Below, piece after piece: positions 52,901 to 64,000 of a stretch of 64,000 bases of DNA. Below the pieces are notes generated by a model. That model worked only from the letters and a program-made list of their open reading frames with translations, did no database searches and was not told the DNA's origin. Each line of letters starts with the position of its first letter. Position 1 is the first letter of the stretch. The position numbers and the translations under genes were made by a program. Source of the stretch: the human T2T-CHM13v2.0 reference genome, Homo sapiens; the NCBI RefSeq assembly GCF_009914755.1, contig NC_060938.1. The stretch is one strand, 5' to 3'.

Positions 52901-55900
52901 ATGGACTGGAGTGGAATGGAGTGGAAAGCAGTGGAATGGAATCAAAAGGAGTGTAGTGGCGTGGAATGGAATGGAATGGAATGGAAGAAAACGGAAAGGA
53001 ATGGAATGGAAAGAAGTTGAGTGGAGTGGACTGGAGAGGAATTGAGTGGAGTGGATCGGAGTGCAGTGGAAATGAATGGAATTTAGTGGAAAGAAGTGGA
53101 GTGGAGTGGAGTCAAGTGGAATGGAGTGGAATGGACTGGAATGTAGTGGAGTGGAATTGAGTGTAGTGGAAAGTATCAGAATGGAATGGAACAGAACGGA
53201 ACAGAACGAAACGTAATGGAATGGAACGTAATGGAGTGGAGTAGAGTGGAGTAGAGTGGAGAGTATCGGAGTTCAGTGGAATGGAATGGAAAGGAGTGGA
53301 GTGGAGTGGAGTTTAATGGAGTGGAGTGGAGTTGAATAGAGTGGAATGTTGTGTAATGGAGTGGGGTTGAATGGGATGGAGTGGAGTGGAATGGAATGGA
53401 ATGGAACAGAATGGTGAAATGAAATGTGAGCTAAGATTGTGCAATTGCATTCCACTCTGTTTGACACAGTGAGATTCACTTGAAATAAAGGAATTGAATT
53501 GAATGGAGTAGAATGGAATGGAATGGAGTGGAGTGGAATGGAATGGAAAGCAGTGGAGTGGAATGGAATGGAATGGAGTGGAATGGAATGGAATGGAATG
53601 GAATGGAGTGGAATGGAAATGAAAGGAGTGGAACGGAAAGGAGTGGAGTGGAACGGTGTGGAATGGAATTGAATGGAGTGGAATGGAATGGAATGGAACA
53701 GAATGGAATGGAATGCAACGGAATGGAATTGAAGGGAACGGAATGGAGTGTAGTGTAGTGGAGTTGAGTTGAAAGGATCAGAGTGCAGTGGAATGGACTC
53801 GAATGAAATGGAATTTAGTGGAATGGAATGGATTAGAGTGGAATGGAATGGAATGGAGTGGAGTGCAGAGGAGTGGAGTGGAGTGGAATGGAATGGAATG
53901 GAATGGAATGGAATGGAGTGCAGAGGAGTGGAGTGGAGTGGAATGGAATGGAATGGAATGGAATGGAGTGGAATGGAATGGAAAGGGTTGGAATGGAATG
54001 GAGTGGAGCGGAGCGGAGAGGAGTGCAGTGGAATGGAGTGGAATGGAGTGAAATGAAGTGGAGTGAAATTGAGTGGAGTGGAATGGAATGAAGTGGAATG
54101 GAATGGAATGGAATGGATCAGAATGGAACAGAGTGGGGTGGAGTGGTGTGGAGTGGAGTTGAGTGGAGTGGAACGAAATGCAGCGTAATGGAATGGAATG
54201 GAATGCAGTGGAGTGGAGTGGAGTGTGGTGGAGTGGAGTGGAATGGTTTGGAATGGAATGGATTGGAGTGGAATGGAATGGAATGCAACAGAATGGAATT
54301 GAGTGGAAATGAATGGAGTGGACTCCAGTGGAGTGGAGTTGAGTCTAGTGGATCGGAGTGCAGTGGAATGGAATGGAATGGAATGGAATGGAGTGGATTT
54401 GAATGGAAAGGGGTGGAATTGAATGGAATGGAGTGGAGAGGAGTGGAGCGCAGTAGAATGTAGTGGAATGGAATGAAATGGATTGGAGTGGAATGAAACG
54501 GAATGGAATGGAGTGGTGTGTATTATAATGGCATGGAGTGGACTGGAGTGGAACGGAGAGGAGTGGAGTGGAATGTAACAGACTGTAATGGAAAGGAGTG
54601 GAGTGGACTGGAATGCAGTGGAGTGCAGTGGAGTGGAGTGGAGCTGAGTGGAGTGCAGTGGAATGGAATGGAAAGGAGTGAAGTGGAATGGAATGGAAAG
54701 GATTAGAATGGAATAGAATGCAATAAAATGGAAAGGTAACATGAAATGTGAGCAAAGATTGTGCCACTGCACTCCAGTCTGGGTGACAAGGTGAGATCCA
54801 GTCGAAATAAAGGAATGGAATGGAATGGATTAAAATGGAATGGAATGCATTGGAGTGGAATGGAATGGAGTGAAATGGAGTTTAGTGGAGAGGAATGGAG
54901 TGGAATGTAATGAAATGTAGTTGAATAGAGTGGAATGGAGTGGAATGGAATGGAGTGGAGTGTAATGGAGTGGAGTGGAGAGAACTGCACTGGAGTGGAT
55001 TAGAATGAAGTGGAATGGACTGGAAAGGAATGGAATGGAATGGAGTCTAATGGAATGGAGTGGAGTGGAGTGGAATGGATTGGAGTGGAATGGAATGTCA
55101 TGGAGTGAAATGGGGAGGAATGGAACAGAAAGGAATGGAATGGAATGGCAAGGAATGGAACGGAGAGGAGTGGAATGGAGTGGAGTAGACTGGAATGCAG
55201 TGGACTGCAGTGCAGTGCAGTGGTGTTTAGTGTAGTGGAGTGGAATGGAATGGAATGGAGTGGAGTGGAGTGGAGTGGAGTGAAATGGAATGGAACGGAA
55301 TGGAATGGAATGGAACGGATTGGAATGAAGACATGAAATGTGAGCTAAGTTTGTGCAACTGCACTCCATTTTGGGTGGCAGAGTGAGATCCAGTCGAAAT
55401 AAAGGAATGGAATGCAATGGAATAAAATGTAATGGAATAGAGTGGAGTGGAATGGAATGGAGGGGAATAGAGTGGGGTGGAGTGGAAAGGAGTGGAGTGG
55501 AATGTAGTGGAGTTGAATGGAATGGAATGAAGTGGAATGGAATGGAATGGAATGGAATGGAGTGTAATGGAGAGGAGTGGAATGGAATGGAGTGCAGTGG
55601 AATGGAGTGGATTGGAATGGAGAGGAATGGGGTAGAATGGAATGGAATGGAATGGAATGGAGTGGAATAGAATGGAAGAGAGTGGAATGGAAAAGCGTGG
55701 AGTGGAGTGGATTGGAGTGGAATGGAATGGAAAGGAATGGAAGGGAAAGGAATGGAATGGAATGGAATGGAATGGAGTGGAATGGAGTGGAGTGGATTGG
55801 ATTGGAGTTTAGTGGAGTGGAGTGGAGTTCAATGGAGTTGAATGGAATGGAGTGGCGTGGAATGGAATGGAATGGAATGGAGTGGAGTGGAGTGGAGTGG

Positions 55901-58900
55901 ATTGGATTGGAGTTTAGTGGAGTGGAGTGGAGTTCAATGGAGTTGAATGGAATGGAGTGGCGTGGAATGGAATGGAATTGAACGGAATGGAGTGGAATGG
56001 AATGGAATGGAGAATAATGGAGTGGAGTGGAGGGCAGATGAGTGGAGTGGATAGGAGTGCAGTGGAATGGAATGGAATGGAATGAAATGGAATGGAATAG
56101 AATGGAAAGGAGTGGTGTGGCAATGAATCGAATGGAATGAAGTGGAGTGGAGTGGAGTTGAGTGGAGTGGATCAGAGTGCAGTGGAATGGAATGGAATGG
56201 ATTGGAGTGGAGTGGAGTGGAATGGAATGGAATGGAATGGAATAAAATTGAGTGGAGTGTAGTGGAGTGGAGTGGAGTAGCGTGGAGTGGAATGGAGTAG
56301 AATGGAATGGAATTGAGTGGAGTGGAATGAAATTGAGTGGAATGGAGTGGAGTGGAGAGGATTGGAGTGGAATGAAATTGAATGGAGTAGAGTGGATTGG
56401 AAGGGAATGAAATTGAATGGACTAGAGTGGATTGGAAGGGAATGCAATGGAAGGGAATGGAATGGAATGGAATGGAATGGATTGGAATGGAATGGAATGG
56501 ATTGGAGTGGATTGGAGTGGAATTGAGTGGAGTGGAGTGGAATGGATTGGAGTGGATTCGAATGGAGTGGTATGGAGTGGAATGGAATGGAGTAGAGGGT
56601 AGTGAAATGGAATGGAGTGGATTGGAGTGGATTCCAGTGGACTGGAGTGGAATGCAGAGAAGTGGAATGAAGTGGAGTGGAATGGAGTGGAAGAGAGTGG
56701 AATGGAATGGAAAGGAATGGAATGAAATGGAATGGAACGGAATGGAATTGTGAAATGAAATGTGAGCTACGATTGTGCCACTGCACTCCAGTTTGAGTGA
56801 CAGAGTGACATCTAGTGGAAATAAAGGAGTGGAATGGAACGGAGTAGAATGTAATGAAGTGGAGTGAAATGGAATGGAGTGATATGGAGTGGAGTGGAGT
56901 GGAGTGGAATAGAGTGGAGTGGAATGGAGTGCAATGGAAAGGAACGGAATGGAGTGGAATGGAACAGAACGAAAGGGAATGGAATGGAACAGAATGGAAC
57001 GGAGTGGAGTGGACTGGAGGGGATCGGAGTGGAATGGAGTGCAGTGGAGTAGAGAGGAGTGGAGTTGAGTGGAGTCGATTGGAGTGAGTTGGAGTGGAGT
57101 GGAGTGCTACGGCATTGTACGGAATCAAGTGGCGTGGAATGGAATGGAATTGTACGGATTGGAATGGAATGGAACGGAATGGAATCGAACGGAATGGAAT
57201 GGGGAGGAGTGCAGTGGAGTTTAGCGGAGCTAATCGGAGTGCAGTGGAAAGGAAGGGAATGGAAATAAATTGAATGGAAAGCAGTGGGGTGGCATTGAAT
57301 TGAATGCAATGCAGTGAAATGGATTGGAATTCAGTGGAGTGAATGGGAGTTGCAGTGGAATGGAATGGAATGGAAGGGAGTGGAATGGAGTGTAGTGTAG
57401 TGGAATGGAGTGGAGTGGATTCGAGTGGAGTGGAGTGGAGTTTACTGGAGTGGAGTGTAATGGAGTGGAATGGAATGCAGTGGAATGGAATGGAATGGAA
57501 TGGAAAGGAATGGAATGGAATGCAATGGGATGAAACAGAACAGAATGGAGTGGAGTGGATTTGAGTGGAGTGGATTGGAGTGCAGTGGAGTGGCATGGAA
57601 TGGAATGGAATTGAAAGGAATGGAATGGAATGGAGTGCAGTGCAATGAAATGGAATGTAATGGAGTGGAGTGAAGTGGAAATGAATGAAGTGGAATTTAG
57701 TAAAATGGAGTGGAGTGGAGTGGAATGGAATGGAGTGGAATGGAATAAAGTTGAGTGGAAGGGAATGGAATGGAATGGAATGGAAAGGAACAGAATGGAA
57801 CGTAACGGAATGGAACTGAGTGGAGTGGAGTGGAGTTGAGTGGAGTGGAATGTAATTGAATCTAGTGGAATGCAATGGAATGGAGTGGAATGAAATGGAA
57901 TGGTGTGGAATGGAATGCAATGGAGTGGTGTGGAATGTAATGGAATTTAGTGCAATGGAATGGAAAGGAGTGGAATGAAATGGAATGGAATGGAATGGAA
58001 TGCAATGGAACGGAGTGGAGTGCAGTTGAGTGGAGTGGATTGGAGGACAGTGGAATGGAACAAAATGGAATGGAATGGAATGGAGTGCAATCAAATGGAA
58101 TGGAATGCAGTGGAGATGAATGGCATGGAGTGGAGTGGAAAAGAATGGAATGGAATGGAATGGAGTGAAGTGGAGTGGAGTGGAATGGAGTTAAGTTGAG
58201 TGGAGTGGAATGGAGTGGAATGCAGTGGAATGCAATGGAGTAGAATGGAATGGAGTGGAACATAATGGAATGGAAGGCAACAGAACGGAGTGGAACGGAC
58301 GTGAATGGAGTGGAGTGGAGTTAATTGGAGTGCATCAGAGTGCAGTGGAATGGAACTGAGTATAGTGGAATGGAGTGGAGTGGAATGGAATGGAATGGAG
58401 TGGAATGTAGTGGAGTGGTATGGAATGGAATTAATTGGAACAGAATGGAATGCAATGGAATGGAATGGAAGGGAACAGAGTGGAGTGGAGTGGAGTTGAG
58501 TGCAGTGGATCTGAGTGCAGAGGAATTAAATGGAATGGAGTGGAGTGGAATGGAGTTGAGTGCAGTGGATCTGAGTGCAGTGGAAGGAAATGGAATGGAA
58601 TGGAATGGAAAGGAGTGGAGAGGAATTGAATGGAAAGGAATGGAGTTGAGAGGAGTGGTGTGGAATGAAATGGATTGTAATGGAGTGAAATGGAGTGGAG
58701 TGGAATGGAGAGGAGAGGAATGGAATGGAGTTGAATGGAATGGAAAAGAAGAGAATGGAATAGGAAGGAATGGAACAGAGTTGAAGGGAGTTGAGTGGAA
58801 TGGAAAGCAGTGGAGTGGAGTGGAGTAGAATGGAATGGAGTGGAATGGAATGCCATGGAGTGGAATAGAATGGAATGGAACGGAATGGAATGGAATGGAA

Positions 58901-61900
58901 CGGAACAGAATGGAACAAAACAGAATGGAGTGTTGTGGAGTCGAATGAAATGAAGTTGTGTGGAGTTAATCGGAGTGCAGTGGAATGGAATGGCATGGAA
59001 TTGAAGGGCATGGAATGGAATGGAATGGAATGGAGTGGAGTGAAGTGGAAGGGAATAGAACGGAATGGTATGGAATGGAATGGAATGGAATGCAATGGAG
59101 TGGAGTGAAGTGGAAGGGAATAGAACAGAGTGGTATGTAATGGAATGGAATGGAGTGGAGTGGAGTGGAATGGAATGGAATAGAGTGGAGTGGAGTACAG
59201 TGGAATGGAATGGATTGGAGTGGAATGGAATGGAATAGAGTGGAGTGGAGTGCAGTGGAATGGAATGGACTGGAGTGGAATAGAATGGAATGGAGTGGAG
59301 TGGAGAATGGATTAGAGTGGAGTGTAATGGAATGGAGTGGAATGGAATGGGGGGAGTGGAAAACAATGGAATGGAGTGGAGTAGAGTGGAGTGGAGTGGA
59401 ATGGAGTGGAATGGAGAGGAATGGAATTTAGTGGAAATGAATGGAATGGAGTGGTATGGAATGGAGTGAAGTTCAGTGGAGTGGAGTGGAGTGAAGTAGA
59501 GTGGAGTGGAGTCGAATGGAGTTTAGTGGAATGGAATGGAGTGGAATGGAGTGTATGGGAGTAGAACGGAGTGGAGTGGAGTTTAATGGAATGGAATTGT
59601 GTAGAATGGAGTGGAGTGGAATGGAATGGAGTTAAGATGAGTGGAGTGGAATGGAGTGGAATGGAGTGTAAAACAGTGCAGTGGAATGGAATGGAGTGCA
59701 ACTTAATGGAACGGAGGGAACAGAATGGAGTGGAACGGACGTGAATGCAGTGGAGTTGAGTTGATTGGAGTGGATCAGAGTGCAGGGGAATGGAATTGAT
59801 TGGAGTGGAATGGAGTGAAGTGGAGTGGAATGGAATGCAGTGGAATGCAGTGGAGTGGAATGGAATGGAATTAATTGGAATGCAATGGAATGGAATGGAA
59901 TGGAATGGAACGGAACAGAGTGGAGTGGAGTGGAGTGGGGTGGAGTTGAGTGCCGTGGATCTGAGTACAGTGGAATTGAATGGAATGGAACGGAAAGGAG
60001 TGGAGAGGAATTGAATGGAAAGGAGTGCAGTTGAGTGCAGTGCTGTGGAGTGAAATGGATTGTAATGGAGTGAAATGGAGTGGAGTGGAATGGAGAGGAG
60101 AGGAATGGAATGGAGTGGAAAGGAATGGAAAGGAAGAGAATGGAACAGGACGGAATGGAACAGAGTTGAGGGGAGTCGAGTGGAATGGAAAGCAGGGGAG
60201 TGGAATGGAAAGCACTGGAGTGGAGTGGAGTGGAGTAGAATGGAATGGAGTGGAATGGAAAAGAATGGAATGGAATGGAATGGAATGGAATGGAATGGAA
60301 TGGAATGGAATGGAACAGAATAGAGTGGAACGGAACAGAACGGAGTGTTGTGGAATGGAATGGAATGGAGTTGTGTGGAGTTAATCGGAGTGCAGTGGAA
60401 TGGAATGAAATGGAATGGAATGGAATGTCATGGCATGAAATGGAATGGGATGGAGTGGAGTGAAGTGGAATGGAATGGAACAGAATGGTATATAATGGAA
60501 TGGAATGGAGTGGAGTGGAGTGGAATGGAATGGAATAGAGTGGAGAGGAATGCAGTGGAATGGAATGGATCAGAGTGGAATGGAATGGAATGGAGTAGAG
60601 TGGAGTGGAGTAGAATGGATTAGAGTGGAGTGTAATGGAATGGAGTGGAATGGAACAGAGGGTAGTGGAATGAAATGGAATGGAGTGGAGTGGAGTGGAG
60701 TGGAATAGAGTGGAATGGAGAGGAATGGAATTGAGTGGAAATGAATGGAATGGAGTGGTAGGGAATGGAGTGGAGTTCAGTGGAGTGCAGTGGAGTGGAG
60801 TGGAGTGGAGTGGAATGGAGTGGAATGGAGTGGAGTTCAGTGGAGTGGAGAGGAGTGGAGTGGAATGGAGTGGAATGGAGTGGAGTGGAATGGAATGGAG
60901 TGGAATGGAATGGAACGGAACGGAATGGAACGGAGCGGAGTGGGGTGGAGTGGAGTTGAGTGCAGTGGATCGAAGTGTAGTGGAATGGAATGCAACGAAG
61001 TGGAATGGAGTGGAGTGGAATGGAGTGGAGTGGAGTGGAATGGAATGGAGTTAAATGGAACCGAAAGGAATGGAATGGAATGGAACGGAACAAAACCGAG
61101 TGGAGTGGAGTGGAGTGGAGTTGAGTGCAGTGGATCGGAGTGCAGTAGAATGGAATGGAACGGAATGGAAGGGAATGGTGTGGAGTGGAATGGAGTAGAA
61201 TGGAGTGGAGTGGAGTGATGTGGAGTTGAATTCAGTGAAATGTAGTGAAATGGACTGGAGTTGAATGGAGTGGACTAGAGTGGAATAGAATGGAGTGTAA
61301 TGGAATGGAATGGAACAGAACGGAGTGGAATGGAATGGAATAGAATGGAATGGAATGGAATGGAATGGAATGGAATGGAATGGAACTGAACAGAACAGAA
61401 CGGGGTGGAGTGGACTGGAATAGAGTTGAGTGCAGTGGATCGGAGTTCATTGAAATGGAATGGAATGGAGTGGAGTGCAGTAGAATGGAATGGAACGTAA
61501 TGGAATGGAATGCAGTGGAGTAGAGTGGAGTGTTGAGTGGAGTAGAGTGAAATGGAATGAAATGGCATGGAATGGAATGAAATGGAGTGGAATTGAATGG
61601 AATGGATTGGAGGCGAATGGAATGGAATGCAAAGAAAAGGAATGGAATGGTTTGGAGTGGAATGGAATGGAGGGGAGTGGAGTGAAATGGAGTTTAGTGG
61701 ATTGGAATGGAATGGAGAGGAGTGGAATGGAGTGGATTGGAGTGGAACGGAATGGATTGGAGTGGAGTGGAGTGGAGCGGAGTGGAATGGAGTGGTGTTG
61801 AATGGAGTGGAGTGGAGTGGAATGGAGTGGAGTGGAGTGGAATGAAGTGGAATGGAATGGAATGGAATGGAATGGAATGGTGAAATGAAATGTGATCTAA

Positions 61901-64000
61901 GATAGTGCCACTGCACTCCAGTCTGAGTGATAGAGTGTGATCCAGTCGAAGTAAAGGAATGTAATGGAAAGGAGAGGAGTGGAATGGAATGGAGTGGAAT
62001 GGAGTGGAGAGGATTGGAATGGAGTGGAGTGGAATGAAATGGTTTGGAGTTGTGTGGAATGGAGTGGAATGCAAGGGAATGTAATGGAGTGGAGTGAAAT
62101 GGAATGGAGTGTAATGGAGTGGGGTGGAGTGGAATGGAATGGAATAGAGTGGAGTGGAGTGGAGTGGAAAGGAATGGATTGCAGTGGAATGGAATGGAAT
62201 GGAGTGGAGTGGAGTGGAGTAGAATGGATTAGAGTGGAGTGGAATGGAATGGAGTGGAATGGAATAGATGAGAGTGGAATGAAAAGGAATGGAGTGGAGT
62301 AGAGTTGAGTGGAGTGGAATGGAGTGGAATGGAGAGGAATGGAATGGAGTGGAAATGAATGGAATGGAGTGGTATGGAATGGAGTGGAGTTCAGTGGAGT
62401 GGAGTGGAGTGGAATGGAGTGGAATGGAGTGGAGTGGAATGGAATGGAATGGAATGGAATGGAACGGAATGGAATGGAAGGGAGCAGAGTGCGGTGGAGT
62501 GGAGTTGAGTGGAGTGGATCGAAGTGTAGTGGAATGGAATGCAATGAAGTGGAATGGAGTGGAGCGTAATGGAGTGGAGTGGAACGGAATGGAATTAAAT
62601 GGAACGGAAAGGAATGGAATGGAATGGAATGGAACGGAAAAAACCGAGTGGAGTGGAGTGGAGTGGAGTGGAGTGCAGTGGATTGGAATGCAGTGGAATG
62701 GAATGTAACAGAATGGAAGGGAATGGAATGGAATGGAGTGGAGTGGAATGGAATGGAATGGAATGGAATGGAGTGGAGTGATGTGGAGTCGAATTGCGTG
62801 AAATGAAGTGAAATGGAGTGGAGTTGAATGGACTGGAGTGGAGTGGATTGGAATGGAGTGTAATGGAATGGAAAGGAACAGAGTGGAATGGAATGGAATG
62901 GAATGGAACAGAATGGAAAGGGGTGGAGTGGACTGGACTGGAATGGAGTTGAGTGCAGTGGATCGGAGTTCATTGAAATGGAATGGAATGGATTGGAGTG
63001 GAGTAGAATGGAATGAAACGTTATGGAATGGAATGCTGTGGAGTAGAGTGGAGTGTTGTGGAGTGGAGTGGAGTGAAATGGAATGAAATGGCATGGAATG
63101 GAATGAAATGGAGTGGAATTCAATGGAATGGAGGGGAGTGGAATGGAATGGAATGCAATGGAAAGGAATGGAATGGTTTGGAGTGGAACGGAATGGAGGG
63201 GAGTGGAGTGAAATGCAGTTTAGTGGATTGGAATGGAATGGAGTGGAGTGGAATGGAGTGGATTGGAGTGGAATGCAATGGATTGGAGTGGAGTGCAGTG
63301 GAGTGGAATGGAGTGGAGTCGAATGGAGTGGAGCGGAGTGGAATGGAGTGGAGAGTAATGAAGTGGAATGGAATGGAATGGAATGGAATGGAATGGAATG
63401 GTGAAATGAAATGTGATCTAAGATAGTGCCACTGCACTCCAGTCTGAATGATAGAGTGTGATCCAGTCGAAGTAAAGGAATGGAATAGAATGGAGAGAAG
63501 TGGAATGGAATGGAGTGGTATGGAGTGGAGAGGATTGGAATGGAGTGGAGTGGAATGAAATGGTTTGGAATTGTGTGGAATGGAGTGGAATGGAAGGGAA
63601 TGTAATGGAGTGGAGTGAAATGGAATGGAGTGGAATGGAGTGGAGTGGAGTGGAATGGAATTAAAAGGAATGAAACGGAATGGAATGGAATGTGGTGGAA
63701 TGGAATGGAGTGGAGTGGAATGGAATGGAGTAGAACGGAACTGAACAGAATGGAATGGACCAGAATGGAATGGAGCGGAGTGGGGTGAAGTTGAGTTGAG
63801 TGGAGTGAATCGTAGTGCACTGGAATGGAATGGAATGGAATGGAATGGAATGGAATGGAATGGAATGGAATGGAGTAGAATGGAGTGGAGTGGAGTGGAG
63901 TGGAGTGAAGTTTAATGGAGTGGAGTGGAGTTGAGTGGAGTTGTGTGGAATGGAAGGGAATGGGATGGAATGAAATGCAATGGAATGGAATGGAATGGAA

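Larger units (their letters stand above)
8729..63476 (+). repeat. Dispersed ~77-bp Alu-3'-end-derived linker, ~45 copies within the satellite
   Basis: Consensus GGTGAAATGAAATGTGAGCTAAGATTGTGCCACTGCACTCCAGTCTGGGTGACAGAGTGAGATCCAGTCGAAATAAA, compared with the Alu 3' end GTGAGCCGAGATCGCGCCACTGCACTCCAGCCTGGGCGACAGAGCGAGACTCCGTCTCAAAA. Approximate starts: 8729, 9175, 11744, 12655, 13442, 13893, 15270, 16582, 18392, 18793, 20180, 21272, 21853, 22479, 23341, 24662, 25483, 26438, 27380, 28072, 28974, 30220, 31787, 32609, 33545, 35592, 36164, 36802, 37602, 38247, 38924, 41460, 42096, 45232, 46084, 47056, 49475, 52294, 52611, 53413, 54735, 55327, 56749, 61879, 63400. Confidence 0.92.
7286..64000 (+). 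repeat. Classical satellite III-type (HSat3-like) array of mixed, diverged GGAAT/GGAGT pentamers with interspersed Alu-derived linkers
   Basis: Continuous (GGAAT)n/(GGAGT)n with variants GGATT, GCAGT, GGAAA, GGAAC, TGAGT and CGGAG. The G-rich strand is on + throughout, with no inversion seen. The array runs off the window end. Confidence 0.96.

Noticed and set aside
8729-63476. CRISPR-like appearance (conserved direct repeat with variable spacers)
   Set aside because: The repeat is ~77 bp and Alu-derived. The spacers are 0.25-5 kb of satellite rather than unique 30-40-mers. There are no cas genes and the context is eukaryotic.
8729-63476. Recurrent peptides MKCELRLCHCTPVWVTE / DLTLSPRLECSGTILAH
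   Set aside because: Standard Alu-derived reading frames from the linker; not evidence of a gene.
7197-63820. Hundreds of ORFs, including 1300 aa (31618-35520, -) and 1438 aa (38050-42366, -), encoding HSIPF/HSTPL or MEWNG/VEWSG repeats
   Set aside because: They follow directly from translating (CATTC/CACTC)n and (GGAAT/GGAGT)n, which lack stop codons. The same peptide appears in all frames, with no codon structure or domain.
7286-64000. Telomeric repeats, or canonical heat-shock elements as discrete features
   Set aside because: No (TTAGGG)n. GAA units are in direct rather than alternating inverted orientation, so discrete canonical HSEs cannot be called from sequence alone.

Overview
Primate (hominoid-type) pericentromeric heterochromatin with no credible protein-coding gene. 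1-5340: divergent monomeric alpha satellite (~171-bp units, A-type/pJalpha-box monomers, no CENP-B box seen). ~5341-6491: a 5'-truncated, dead L1PA element (ORF2 C-terminus, 3'UTR and tail) inserted in an alpha monomer with a ~14-bp target-site duplication. 6515-7288: alpha satellite resumes. From ~7286 to the window end is a ~56.7-kb classical satellite III-type array of mixed GGAAT/GGAGT pentamers, G-rich strand on + throughout. The array is punctuated by about 45 same-orientation copies (hand count) of a ~77-bp linker derived from an Alu 3' end and ending in AATAAA. Linker variants and rare pentamer variants reveal nested tandem duplications from 40 bp to ~5.6 kb. All ORFs in the satellite (MEWNG/HSIPF repeats) are compositional artefacts. 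I found no convincing novel gene system. The most interesting signals are structural and evolutionary. Coordinates were read by eye and may be off by a few bases.
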